A DNA stretch of 64,000 nucleotides from Candidatus Promineifilaceae bacterium (GCA_041570195.1 JBFFWQ010000018.1:466-64465); one strand, 5' to 3'; shown: positions 35,057 through 44,859, counted from the stretch's first letter. Notes: generated by a model not told the origin, from the letters alone. Translations and numbers: made by a program.

Positions 35057-37087
35057 ATGCATAACGATGGCGCAAATCCACCGGATCCGAAGGTGATCTT
35101 TGTCCCTTCAGGACGGCGGGGAAAGGTATCCCAGGGGATGTCCGTGTTGGATGCTGCCCGCCAGTTGGGCGTGGAAATCGAGAGCATCTGTGGAGGAAGG
35201 CTGACGTGCGGCAAATGCAGAGTTCGCATCGAAGACGGCGCGTTTCAGAAACATGGCATTGTCAGTAAGCCCGATCATGTGACGCCGCCAAATGACGTTG
35301 AGACTGATCTATTGAATCGTTTGGGCGACGGCGAGCACCGCCTCTCGTGCTCAGCATATATCCAGGATGACATTCTGGTCCACGTTCCGGAGGAAAGCCA
35401 GGCCCAGAAGCAGATCATTCGTAAAACCGCGACCGAGCGACTCATCGAGATAGCGCCGGCCATCCGCCAGGTCTACGTCCAAGTGGAAGAAGCCCAACTG
35501 GGCGAGCATCGGGGTGATTGGGGACGGCTCGAATTTGCTCTGGCCGAGCAGTGGCAACTGGATGATTTAACCATCGATTTGCCGGCGCTGCGCCGCTTGC
35601 AGGCCGTATTGCGCCAAGGCCAGTGGGCAGTCACGGTAATCGTATGGCAAGAACGCCAGGTGATTGATGTGCAGCCAGGCTACCAGGAAGGCATCTATGG
35701 TCTGGCGGTGGATATCGGCAGCACAACGGTCGCAGGCTACTTGTGCGATCTACGCACCGGTGAAGTTCTGGCGACAGAATCGGTGATGAATCCCCAGGTG
35801 ACCTATGGCGAAGATTTGATGAGCCGCGTTTCTTACGCCATGACCCACCGGGATGGCCTCGACAAAATGCATTTGGCCATCGTCAAGGTCCTCAACCAAA
35901 TTTCGGCTCGAGCCGCTCGGGAAGCAGGACTTCAAGCGCGCCAGATCCACGAAGCTGTCGTCGTGGGCAATACGACCATGATCCACATTCTGCTAGGTAT
36001 CAACCCCGTCGAGCTAGGCGGGGCGCCTTTCGCCCTGGCAAATCGCGATGCCATGGATATTAAAGCCAGAGATCTAGAATTACGCTTTCATTCTGGGGCG
36101 AATCTACACGTATTACCCTCCGAAGCCGGACACGTTGGCGCCGATAATGTGGGCGTGCTTATCGCCGAGGAACCCTATCGACGGGATGAGATGACGTTGA
36201 TCGTCGACGTAGGTACAAATGCCGAGATTGTCTTGGGCAATCGAGAAAAGCTGTTCAGCGCCTCTAGTCCAACGGGGCCAGCCTTTGAAGGGGCGCAAAT
36301 CACCTATGGCATGCGCGCCGCCCCAGGCGCCATTGAGCGGGTGAGAATCGATCCCCAGACGTTTGAAGCACGCTTCAGCGTGATTGGTGAATCCCGCTGG
36401 TCTAATGAATGGAGTTTGGGAGCGGACGCGCCCCTGGCCTCGCAGCCCAAACATCTGGCGGCCGGTATTTGTGGTTCCGGCATTATCGAGGCCGTGGCCG
36501 AGATGTTTCTGACAGGGATCATCTTCCCTGATGGCGCTTTTAACCCCGACTGCCCAAGCCGGCGCATTCAGTGGAATGGTCGCAAGGGTGCCTACATTCT
36601 GACCCCTGGCGACTATACGACCATGGGTGAGCCGATCCTCGTCACTCAGGACGACGTACGCAGTATTCAACTGGCCAAAGCTGCTCTGTACGCTGGGGCC
36701 AAATTGTTGATGAGCCGGGCCAATATCTCCAAGGTGGACCAGGTTTTCCTGGCCGGCGCATTTGGCAGCTACATCGATCCTAAATATGCGATGATTCTGG
36801 GACTGATCCCAGACTGCCCGCTTGACCAGGTTTTTGCGATTGGCAATGCGGCCGGCGATGGCGCACGAATCGCCCTGTTAAACCGCAACAAGAGGCTAGA
36901 GGCGCAACAGGTTTCTCGGAAGATCAAGTACATTGAGACGGCCGTCGACCTCGAATTTCAAGATGAATTTGTTCACGCCCTTCATATCCCGCACGCTTCG
37001 GACCCGTTCTCTCAGCTGGAAGGTATCCTGCCGAAAAAAACGGTGAATGGCCGCCGGCGTGTTCGCCGGCGGCGCATGAGGGCCTGA
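35057..37087 (+). CDS. RACo/RamA-like ATP-dependent reductive activator of corrinoid proteins (N-terminal 2Fe-2S ferredoxin plus ASKHA/DUF4445 domain)
   Basis: Cys motif CGGRLTCGKCRV...LSCSAY. ASKHA-like GLAVDIGSTTVAGY and IVDVGTNAEIV. ATG 35057 has GAGG 7 nt upstream; the ORF is open from TTG 35033. Confidence 0.85.
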   Translation: MHNDGANPPDPKVIFVPSGRRGKVSQGMSVLDAARQLGVEIESICGGRLTCGKCRVRIEDGAFQKHGIVSKPDHVTPPNDVETDLLNRLGDGEHRLSCSAYIQDDILVHVPEESQAQKQIIRKTATERLIEIAPAIRQVYVQVEEAQLGEHRGDWGRLEFALAEQWQLDDLTIDLPALRRLQAVLRQGQWAVTVIVWQERQVIDVQPGYQEGIYGLAVDIGSTTVAGYLCDLRTGEVLATESVMNPQVTYGEDLMSRVSYAMTHRDGLDKMHLAIVKVLNQISARAAREAGLQARQIHEAVVVGNTTMIHILLGINPVELGGAPFALANRDAMDIKARDLELRFHSGANLHVLPSEAGHVGADNVGVLIAEEPYRRDEMTLIVDVGTNAEIVLGNREKLFSASSPTGPAFEGAQITYGMRAAPGAIERVRIDPQTFEARFSVIGESRWSNEWSLGADAPLASQPKHLAAGICGSGIIEAVAEMFLTGIIFPDGAFNPDCPSRRIQWNGRKGAYILTPGDYTTMGEPILVTQDDVRSIQLAKAALYAGAKLLMSRANISKVDQVFLAGAFGSYIDPKYAMILGLIPDCPLDQVFAIGNAAGDGARIALLNRNKRLEAQQVSRKIKYIETAVDLEFQDEFVHALHIPHASDPFSQLEGILPKKTVNGRRRVRRRRMRA

Positions 37088-37137
37088 TTGGAGGTAACAT
37101 TGGTGTCAATGTGTTATTGTATTCATGGAATCCGCAT

Positions 37138-37159
37138 GCCTGAGCGACCCTCAGGTTTT
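37138..37159 (+). terminator. weak hairpin plus T4 (CCTGAG-CGACC-CTCAGG-TTTT) between the activase and corrinoid-protein genes
   Basis: 6-bp stem followed by TTTTG, read directly. Too short to be sure it terminates. Confidence 0.25.
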
Positions 37160-37185
37160 GTGCGTGCTGGTATCCGAGGAGAGCA

Positions 37186-37872
37186 ATGAGCGACGAAATC
37201 AATATCAAAGATCTGCCAACCGATGAGCTTCTGGAACTCATGCAGGAGGATCTCTACGATGGATACGCCGACGAAATCGTTGAGGAAGTAGAGGAGCTCT
37301 TGGCTCGGGGTATGGAGCCTTATGATGTATTAACAAAAGGCCTGGTCGCCGGGATGGATGTTGTCGGAGAAGACTTTCGCGATGGCATTCTCTTTGTGCC
37401 CGAAGTGCTTATGGCAGCCAAGGCTATGAAAGCCGGCATGGCGATACTTCGACCCCTCCTGGCCGAGACTGGTGCGCCGAGGATCGGCACGATTGTCATT
37501 GGCACAGTGAAAGGGGATATCCACGATATCGGCAAGAACCTGGTGAGTATGATGTGGGAAGGGGCTGGTTTTGAAGTCTTTGATCTCGGCATCAACAACT
37601 CTGTGGAAGAGTATCTGGCTGCGATACAGGAGCACCAGCCAGATATCTTGGGCATGAGCGCCTTGTTGACGACCACCATGCCCTACATGCGCGTGGTCAT
37701 CGACACTCTCAAAGAAAAAGGGATACGCCAAGATCTGATAGTGCTTGTAGGCGGCGCGCCGCTCAACGAGGCATTTGCCGAAGACATCGAAGCTGACGCC
37801 TATTGCCGTGATGCGGCCGTCGCTGTCCAAACGGCGAAGAAGTTCATGCAAATTAAGCAAGGAACATCATAG
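37186..37872 (+). CDS. corrinoid (cobalamin-binding) protein, MtgC/MttC-like
   Basis: 228 aa. B12-binding signature GDIHDIGKNLV (DxHxxG), SALLTTT and VLVGGAPL. N-terminal helical cap domain. Confidence 0.9.
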   Translation: MSDEINIKDLPTDELLELMQEDLYDGYADEIVEEVEELLARGMEPYDVLTKGLVAGMDVVGEDFRDGILFVPEVLMAAKAMKAGMAILRPLLAETGAPRIGTIVIGTVKGDIHDIGKNLVSMMWEGAGFEVFDLGINNSVEEYLAAIQEHQPDILGMSALLTTTMPYMRVVIDTLKEKGIRQDLIVLVGGAPLNEAFAEDIEADAYCRDAAVAVQTAKKFMQIKQGTS

Positions 37873-37890
37873 AATGGAGTCTGCCGCAGG

Positions 37891-38433
37891 ATGAACCCGG
37901 GTAGTCGACTCCAGAATTATCCACACATCCTTGAGCTTTCGTACCAGGTTGCCGACCGGCTCTTTTCGTTCTTCGACCCGCTGATCTCTCGCTTGGGCTA
38001 CGAACGGGTCGATCGTTGGTTGCGGCCGGCTGAAGAATTGAGCAAGCGCATTATTTTTGATTGCCAAATGTGCGGTCAGTGCGTGCTTCACTCAACTGGC
38101 ATGACCTGTCCCATGACCTGTCCCAAAGAATTACGTAATGGACCATGTGGCGGGGTCCGATCGAACGGCCATTGCGAGGTTATCCCGGAGATGAAATGCA
38201 TTTGGGTCATGGCCTTTGAGCGCTCGAAACATATGCCCGCATTTGGCCGCGATATGATGCAGCTGCAACCACCAGTAAATCATCAGCTAGAAGGATCTTC
38301 GGCCTGGATCAACATACTGACCGGCAAACACGGCGAATTGCCGGCCGGTTGGGAGGATGCATCGCCGAAACCGTTTATCAGAATAGAAGAAATTGACGCG
38401 TGGAAACCGAATTTAAGTCAGACGGTCGCCTAG
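37891..38433 (+). CDS. methylenetetrahydrofolate reductase C-terminal-domain (MetV-like, Cys-rich) protein
   Basis: 180 aa. CQMCGQCVLHSTGMTCPMTCPKELRNGPCGG motif. Confidence 0.8.
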   Translation: MNPGSRLQNYPHILELSYQVADRLFSFFDPLISRLGYERVDRWLRPAEELSKRIIFDCQMCGQCVLHSTGMTCPMTCPKELRNGPCGGVRSNGHCEVIPEMKCIWVMAFERSKHMPAFGRDMMQLQPPVNHQLEGSSAWINILTGKHGELPAGWEDASPKPFIRIEEIDAWKPNLSQTVA

Positions 38434-39407
38434 AGAGGGTCCTTCGATCGGGGCGCTTTGCGGTTACGGCCGAGCTGAATCCGCCTGACAGCGCCAACCC
38501 GCAAGAAGTCTTTGATGCCGCCCTCGTCCTGTCGTCCGTATGCGATGCCATAAACGCTACCGACGCTTCGGGCGCTAACTGCCACATGTCCAGTGTGGCC
38601 ATTTGTGCCTTGTTGACGCATGCCGACTATGCGCCAATATTGCAAGTATCTTGCCGGGACCGAAACCGCATTGCCCTACAAGGCGATGTGCTGGGCGCCG
38701 CTGCTATGGGGGTCTGTAACGTCTTGTGCTTGACCGGCGACGACGTCAGCGTGGGCGATCAGCCGCAGGCCAAGCCGGTGTTTGATTTCGATTCCATACA
38801 ACTCCTACGCACCATCAAGATCATGCGAGACGAGGGTAAGTTTCTGAGCGGTCGTAAGCTCGCGGCGCCTCCCAAGCTGTTCTTAGGCGCAGCCAGCAAC
38901 CCATTTGTGCCGCCATATGACTGGCGGCCGCTGCGTCTGGCCAAGAAGGTCGAAGCCGGGGCCGACTTCATCCAAACGCAGTATTGTTTCGATGTGCCTC
39001 GTTTACGTCAGTTCCTGAATAAGGTCTGCGACATGGGATTGGACGAAAAGGTCCATATCTTAATAGGTGTCGGCCCGCTACGTTCAGAGAAAGCGGCCGA
39101 GTATTTGCGCAACCATGTTCCGGGCGTAGTTATCCCAGACGAAGTCGTGGATCGATTGCGTAAGACTTCTGCGCATAAAAAGCGGGAAGAAGGCAAGCGG
39201 ATTTGCGTCGAAATAATCCAGCAGGTTCAGGATATAAAATGCGTATCTGGCGTCCACGTGATGGCTTACCGGCAGGAAGAGCTAGTAGCGGAGATCATCG
39301 AAGAAGCTGGTCTGTTACCCCGGCCCATGCAGCCCCTGGCGCGGGACACTGATCCACGAGCTAGGCCCAGCAGGCGCAGACGAACGAACAAAGGCGGCTC
39401 TAAATGA
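38400..39407 (+). CDS. metF: methylenetetrahydrofolate reductase
   Basis: 335 aa with a GTG start overlapping the preceding gene by 34 nt. FAVTAELNPP..., CLTGDD, IQTQYCFD patterns. Arg-rich C-terminal tail. Confidence 0.85.
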   Translation: METEFKSDGRLERVLRSGRFAVTAELNPPDSANPQEVFDAALVLSSVCDAINATDASGANCHMSSVAICALLTHADYAPILQVSCRDRNRIALQGDVLGAAAMGVCNVLCLTGDDVSVGDQPQAKPVFDFDSIQLLRTIKIMRDEGKFLSGRKLAAPPKLFLGAASNPFVPPYDWRPLRLAKKVEAGADFIQTQYCFDVPRLRQFLNKVCDMGLDEKVHILIGVGPLRSEKAAEYLRNHVPGVVIPDEVVDRLRKTSAHKKREEGKRICVEIIQQVQDIKCVSGVHVMAYRQEELVAEIIEEAGLLPRPMQPLARDTDPRARPSRRRRTNKGGSK

Positions 39408-39540
39408 ACCTCGACATCTGTGTTATGTGGCGTCCCATCTTCTTTGGGAGGAGACGTCACGCGCTACAGTGCACCACCACTGAAGTAAACGCTAACCACT
39501 AGAAGCTCGTAGCCAAGAGCTGTTTTCGAAGGAGGCAACC

Positions 39541-40443
39541 TTGCCTGAGACGATCATAAGCTCCAAATCAAAAACGGTTATTATAAGTCCGGACCACCCG
39601 TTCACGATTATTGGCGAACGCATTAATCCCACCGGTCGGAAGAAACTGGCGGCCGAGATGGCTGCAGGCAATTATGATCGGGTGCAGCACGATGCTATCG
39701 TCCAGATCACAGCGGGCGCCCATGCTCTCGACGTGAACGCCGGCATTCCCCTGGCCGATGAACCGGCCATTTTGGCCGAAGCGATTCAACTCGTGCAATC
39801 AGTGACCGACGTGCCTTTGTCGATCGACTCGTCCATCGTCGATGCCCTGGAAAGAGGTCTCGGAGCCTACCAGGGAAAAGCCCTGGTCAACTCAGTAACA
39901 GGTGAGGAAGAGCGCCTGGAATCCGTTTTGCCGCTGATAAAGAAATACGGCGCGGCCGTGATCGGTATCTCCAACGATGAAATGGGCATTTCGGAGGATC
40001 CTGATGTTCGCTTGGCTGTGGCCAAGAAGATCGTCGAAAGGGCTCAAGATCACGGTATCCCCAGGGAAGATGTGCTCATCGATCCCCTGGTGATGCCTGT
40101 GGGCGCCATGCGTTACGCGGGCCGGCAAGTATTTCGCATCGTCGGCCGCTGCCGTGATGAACTGGGCGTCAATACCTGCTGCGGAGCCAGCAACGTTTCC
40201 TTTGGCTTGCCCAACCGCGCCCCGCTCAATGCCACATTCTTGGCTATGGCCATCGCTGCTGGATTAACCTCAGCCATCACCAACCCCATCGAACCGGAGA
40301 TCAAACAAGCGGTCCTGGTCGCCGATGTGATGATGGGCAATGACGAGAACTGCACGACGTGGATCATGACCAACCGGCCGCAGGAGGAAAAAGATGCAGG
40401 CCGTCGCCGGACCGGCCGTCGCCGCCAGGCACGACGGTCCTGA
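39541..40443 (+). CDS. methyltetrahydrofolate:corrinoid methyltransferase (pterin-binding, MtrH/AcsE/MtgA-like), copy 1
   Basis: 300 aa with a TTG start and GGAGG RBS. IIGERINPTGRKK, ALDVNAG, ALVNSV, GASNVSFGLP. Arg-rich C-terminal tail. Confidence 0.85.
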   Translation: MPETIISSKSKTVIISPDHPFTIIGERINPTGRKKLAAEMAAGNYDRVQHDAIVQITAGAHALDVNAGIPLADEPAILAEAIQLVQSVTDVPLSIDSSIVDALERGLGAYQGKALVNSVTGEEERLESVLPLIKKYGAAVIGISNDEMGISEDPDVRLAVAKKIVERAQDHGIPREDVLIDPLVMPVGAMRYAGRQVFRIVGRCRDELGVNTCCGASNVSFGLPNRAPLNATFLAMAIAAGLTSAITNPIEPEIKQAVLVADVMMGNDENCTTWIMTNRPQEEKDAGRRRTGRRRQARRS

Positions 40444-41247
40444 TCACGCCGACAGCGCCACCGGGCGAGCCTCCCTGGCCACATCGCGAATGCTCTGGTA
40501 ACCGATATCGGTAGCGGGCACAAAGCACGACAGTTCTCCATGAGCCAGAAGGGCCCGGCCTTCCGGATCAATATGCATGGCTAGTAAGAGCTCGCGCAGC
40601 CGGTGGCGTAGTTCCTGTGGTAGCTGAAGGGATACGACCCAGGGCGGGACCGGGCTTGGTCCGATCGTCTCGATCACGCGCAGTTTGCGGGCCAGAAATG
40701 GCCGGCGTCTCATTTCGTAATCAAGGACAGTGCTGTCAATGGCGGTTACGTCGGCCCGGCCATCAATAAGCATCTGCAAAGAGTTCAAATGGGTGCCTGA
40801 CTCAAGCACCTTACCGAAGTAATTGAGAGACTCATCTCGTTCTAAAAGATGGTGGCATACGACGTAATAACCGGAATAGGAGCCTGTTTCGTTGTAGACC
40901 CAGCAAACACCCTTCAAATCGTCGAAGGAATTAAATGGACTATCACGTTGGACGATGACGTCTGAATAGTAAACTGGCTGACCTTGGTAGCGGGGATCCC
41001 GCATCACGGGCGCTGCCAGAAGCTCTATCTGGGGATCATGCTGGTCGGCCTTCATCGCGTAAAGCAGGCCGCAGATCCAGCCCAGCTGGATCTGCCCGCA
41101 ATCGAGAAGTCGCTTCCGCTCTTGCCAGTGAATGTCGACGACAAACTCAGCTTTGATTCCCAGCTTTTGACCTATATAGTCCGTGACGGTTTGGCCATCG
41201 TCGTGTGTGTTGACTGCCAGGCAAGAAGTGACGACGAGTTTATCCAT
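40444..41247 (-). CDS. PhnD-like periplasmic-binding-protein-fold protein without an obvious signal peptide
   Basis: 267 aa. ...ERKRLLDCGQIQLGWICGLLY...VYYSDVIV... resembles phosphonate/PBP2 substrate-binding proteins. The N-terminus MDKLVVTSCLAVNTHDDG lacks a hydrophobic leader. Confidence 0.6.
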   Translation of the reverse strand: MDKLVVTSCLAVNTHDDGQTVTDYIGQKLGIKAEFVVDIHWQERKRLLDCGQIQLGWICGLLYAMKADQHDPQIELLAAPVMRDPRYQGQPVYYSDVIVQRDSPFNSFDDLKGVCWVYNETGSYSGYYVVCHHLLERDESLNYFGKVLESGTHLNSLQMLIDGRADVTAIDSTVLDYEMRRRPFLARKLRVIETIGPSPVPPWVVSLQLPQELRHRLRELLLAMHIDPEGRALLAHGELSCFVPATDIGYQSIRDVAREARPVALSA

Positions 41248-41310
41248 TTGAAGGCCCTTTACAAAGCATGATTGGCCGGTCGACGGCCTGATAACCTGCC
41301 CGCCCTTTTC

Positions 41311-42645
41311 CTACACCCACGGTGAATGGCTATTGGTCGAGCCGAAAGTCCGGCCCTCAGCGAAACGACCGAATGAGAAGGGTTTCAGTTCGGCCACATC
41401 ATCACCCATCAATTGCTTCGCTACCAGTTTCCCGGCGCCAAGCATCTTGAATCCGTGATTACTATCAGCGATCATGTATACATTAGGCAACACCCAATCG
41501 ATGATGGGTACATTATCGGGCGTAAATGCGCCAATCCCGCCGTTCCGTCGCTTACGGAAGCTAGGGCGGATGCCTTGAAAGCGGGACATGGTCTGGGCCA
41601 TCGCCGCGCAAAGATAGTCAGCGAATTCGGTCCCGGCCTGATAGGCGTCGTTGGCGTGGCCATATGGATCGAGGATGGCTTCTGGCCCGATCTTGACCGG
41701 AACCGTACCTCCTTGCAATCCAGGTTGATCCATCCTTTCGTTGCCATTCTTGAAATACACGTACGTATAGTCTCTCAATTGTCGACCGCTTTCCTCGTCG
41801 ACGACCGGGGTATTCATCAGTTCAACGTGCAAGACCGGCGGGTTCAGGCCATCGGCCGTGAGATAAGGCTGGTCGTAGTAAACCTCGCCCTCCAGCAAAC
41901 GCCAGTAGGTCCACATATCTTTGTCTTTGACCACGTCGCCATCGGGATAATAGCAGTCCAAAGTCATGGGTTGATCGAGCATTTGCCAATGTTTGGGCGT
42001 CCAGGCGCCGAGCCCCCAAATAACCAGATCGGTGTTTATCTCCCCGTGATTGGTCACCACGCTCTTGACTTGCCCAGTCATCAACGTGTAATCCAGCACC
42101 TCGACGTCGCCAATGACTCTTACGCCATGATCGGCGCACTTCTGAGCTAATCCCTTAATAACCTGGTCAGTGCCGGCGTAGCCGCTGACCCGTTCGAATA
42201 TGGTCACTTCGACACCGCTGGTATTGAAGTCGGGCCAGATATTCTTGAGATAGCGGCGCGCATCCTGGCCCACATACAGTTCAGAATGGTAACCAACGGC
42301 ATTCTGGCTCTTGTGGATGCGTTCATAATCAGAGATCTGGTTTTCCTCGCCTACCGAGACATAACCGACCTGTTGGAATCCAAAGGCGACGGGATCGTAC
42401 ATCCAGACGTCCACACTGTGACGAAGTAGAGCGTGAATAGGTTCGGTCATATAAAAGTTGCGGACACAGCCACAGGCGATGCCGGATGCCCCCGCGCCCG
42501 GGCCAGTCTTATCCAGCACGACGATGTCCTGGCCACTACCCCGGCCGCGCGCTTCCAACTCCATGGCCAGATGCCAGGCCGTGCTAAGCCCGTGTACGCC
42601 CGCGCCGACGATGGTGTATCTGACGGATTCCGGTAAATTACCCAT
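41311..42645 (-). CDS. FAD-dependent oxidoreductase (DAO family), paralog of 11973-13286
   Basis: Start at ATG 42645 (GGAGGA 5 nt upstream, 8-nt overlap with the MttB stop). RYTIVGAGVHGLSTAWHLA...VVLDK. Confidence 0.8.
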   Translation of the reverse strand: MGNLPESVRYTIVGAGVHGLSTAWHLAMELEARGRGSGQDIVVLDKTGPGAGASGIACGCVRNFYMTEPIHALLRHSVDVWMYDPVAFGFQQVGYVSVGEENQISDYERIHKSQNAVGYHSELYVGQDARRYLKNIWPDFNTSGVEVTIFERVSGYAGTDQVIKGLAQKCADHGVRVIGDVEVLDYTLMTGQVKSVVTNHGEINTDLVIWGLGAWTPKHWQMLDQPMTLDCYYPDGDVVKDKDMWTYWRLLEGEVYYDQPYLTADGLNPPVLHVELMNTPVVDEESGRQLRDYTYVYFKNGNERMDQPGLQGGTVPVKIGPEAILDPYGHANDAYQAGTEFADYLCAAMAQTMSRFQGIRPSFRKRRNGGIGAFTPDNVPIIDWVLPNVYMIADSNHGFKMLGAGKLVAKQLMGDDVAELKPFSFGRFAEGRTFGSTNSHSPWV

Positions 42646-44179
42646 GCTGTTCCTCCTCTCTAACATGTTTCATTCTTTCGACGTAGGCTAGCAGTTCTTG
42701 CTCCACCATCGTATCTATAGGGGGACGGTCATAGGATGCTAGCAGCCGCTGGGCCACATGGTACGCTCGCTGATGTGCGTCATCGGCCCCATCATCCGAC
42801 CAATTATCATAGCCGCGCCGGTCGCTGATGATGGGCTTATAGAACGCGTTCCGATAGCGTTCCAACGTGTGATCGGTGCCAAAATGATGTCCTCCCGGCC
42901 CCACCCCAGCAATCGAGTCAAAGGCTAGCGTCTCATCATTGATCTCAAGTTCGGACAGGAATTGATGCATCATGGCCAGTCCTTCCAGATCCAAGACAAA
43001 CTTCTCCAACGAGCAGACCAGCCCCGCTTCCAGCCAGCCCGCACTATGCAATATGATATTGGTGTGAGCTAAAACGGCCGGCCAAAGAGTCATTTGAGTT
43101 TCATAAGCCGCCTGCGCATCGGGGATCTTTGAGTTATTCAAACCACCACTACCCCGATAGGGTAGGCCATAATGGCGGGCCATCTGCGCGCCTATTATGA
43201 GAGCCTGTGCTCCTTCAGGGGTGCCAAAGGCAGGACTGCCGTTTTGCATGTCAATATTGGTTGTAAAACCACCATAAATCACCGGGCAACCCGGATTAAT
43301 CAGTTGGGTTAAGGCGATACCCGCCAGCGCCTCCGCGTTCTGTTGGGCAATAGCAGCAGCCATCGTGATCGGACTCATTGCCCCAGCCAATATGAATGGC
43401 GTTATGATCGTCGGTTGGCCGTGCTGACAATAGACGATCAGGGCGCCCAACATATGCTCGTCAAAACGTAAAGGGCTATTGGCGTTTACATTGCTGGCCA
43501 GAACCGGATTTTGGCGAATCGTCTCCAGGCCTCCAAATGCGATGGCAGCCATCTGGATGTAATCCGTGGCTGCTATCCGGCCATGGGCCGCCGTCGTATA
43601 TACCTTGTCGCTAAGGGTCAAAAGAGAAAATCCTTTCTCCAGATGACGCAGCGCCACGGGTACGTCTTGCGGCTCTACGAGTAACCCTTCCACAATATGT
43701 ACAGGCCCACAAATCTGGGCCAGTTTAACCATCTGGCGATAATCATCTAGGGTTCCCGGCCGCCGGCCGCTCTTCAAATCGGCATAATAGGGCGCTGCTC
43801 CAACGGTAGCGAAGTTGATGTGATTGCTGCCTATACACAGTGAATGGGCAGGGTTTCGTGCGTGAAGCGTGAACTCGGACGGGGCTTTGGCCACTAATTC
43901 CCGCACCAATGGCCGGTCAAGCCAAACATGCTGGCTCTGATAATCTACCCGAGCCCCAGCTGCTGCCCAAATGCCTATGGCTTCACTCTCCAGAAAATCA
44001 ATCCCGATCTCTTCCAAAATACGCATGGATGCTCGGTCGATCTGGTCCACTTGTTCTGATGATAACATCTCAACCGGCGCCATAGGATTGACTAGCCGGC
44101 GAAACGGTTTATCGGCAAGCGGCGTTAGCGGCTGTACTTTGCGCCGGGCCTGTCGCCGGCGCGCTGGGCGCCTGGTCAT
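42638..44179 (-). CDS. MttB-family methyltransferase, non-pyrrolysine type (paralog 4)
   Basis: 513 aa. N-terminus RRPARRRQARRK and LHSAGWLEAGLVCSLEKFVLD. Confidence 0.9.
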   Translation of the reverse strand: MTRRPARRRQARRKVQPLTPLADKPFRRLVNPMAPVEMLSSEQVDQIDRASMRILEEIGIDFLESEAIGIWAAAGARVDYQSQHVWLDRPLVRELVAKAPSEFTLHARNPAHSLCIGSNHINFATVGAAPYYADLKSGRRPGTLDDYRQMVKLAQICGPVHIVEGLLVEPQDVPVALRHLEKGFSLLTLSDKVYTTAAHGRIAATDYIQMAAIAFGGLETIRQNPVLASNVNANSPLRFDEHMLGALIVYCQHGQPTIITPFILAGAMSPITMAAAIAQQNAEALAGIALTQLINPGCPVIYGGFTTNIDMQNGSPAFGTPEGAQALIIGAQMARHYGLPYRGSGGLNNSKIPDAQAAYETQMTLWPAVLAHTNIILHSAGWLEAGLVCSLEKFVLDLEGLAMMHQFLSELEINDETLAFDSIAGVGPGGHHFGTDHTLERYRNAFYKPIISDRRGYDNWSDDGADDAHQRAYHVAQRLLASYDRPPIDTMVEQELLAYVERMKHVREEEQHG

Positions 44180-44182
44180 CGA

Positions 44183-44815
44183 TCAAGAACCATTATGGAA
44201 CTCCCGCACGGCATGCCACCGTGGATTATCCTGATAGTCGAAGTATTTGATGCGCGTCACTTGCAAGGCGCGACTATCGGCTATGCCGCCAGGCAAATGC
44301 CCGTTGTAAAGCTTGATCGATACGTAGTATTCAGGTGATAGATCTTGTACCGCTTGATCGTGAGCCTGACTTCGACTCCACTGCTTCTTGACGCTTGTAT
44401 CTGCAAATATAACCAGGTTGCTGAAATCGCCTGATAACATAGCCATCGTGCTATAGCTAAGCAATCCCGGATAATCGGGGATCTCGCCGACCAAGATCTC
44501 GTCAAATTCATCACCTAGTTTCAAGTTGGCGTCTTCCCGACGGTGGCCCAAAAAACCGACAAAAGCCAGTTCACCCGGTTGAGACAATATCTCCGGCTGG
44601 GCGACAACCAGTCGGTAGAACCAATTATCCCGGTTAGGCTGGTGAACAATGATGGGGGGCTTGCCATTGGCGCAATGTTTTTGATCCTCCAAGAAGAGGC
44701 ACAATTGATCGACCATGAAACGCAATGTGTTGACGTCATAAACGATTCGCTCAGGGTTAGTAAATGGCCTCGCTCGGACAACCTCGGCCGGTTTCAAGGT
44801 CAATTCTTGATCCAT
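44183..44815 (-). CDS. hypothetical protein (210 aa), faint dimeric alpha/beta-barrel (ABM/DUF3291-like) resemblance
   Basis: First gene of the IclR-adjacent operon, 3 nt upstream of MttB paralog 4. The only hint is ...NLVIFADTSVKKQWSRSQAHDQAV... No confident family. Confidence 0.55.
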   Translation of the reverse strand: MDQELTLKPAEVVRARPFTNPERIVYDVNTLRFMVDQLCLFLEDQKHCANGKPPIIVHQPNRDNWFYRLVVAQPEILSQPGELAFVGFLGHRREDANLKLGDEFDEILVGEIPDYPGLLSYSTMAMLSGDFSNLVIFADTSVKKQWSRSQAHDQAVQDLSPEYYVSIKLYNGHLPGGIADSRALQVTRIKYFDYQDNPRWHAVREFHNGS

Positions 44816-44859
44816 CGTTTTCCTCGTTGCAGTTGCCTGCGCCAGTGGCCGAACATCAC

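Noticed and set aside
37088-37185. A cobalamin riboswitch upstream of the corrinoid-protein gene or other corrinoid-related genes (also the spacers 39408-39540 and 34599-34703).
   Set aside because: No B12-box-like element or the multi-stem core could be recognised. Only short hairpins are present. An Infernal scan would still be decisive.
41248-41310. The GGCCG-GTCGA-CGGCC hairpin between the DAO and PhnD-like genes as a terminator.
   Set aside because: It has a 5-bp stem and no U-tract on the transcribed strand, which is too weak to call.
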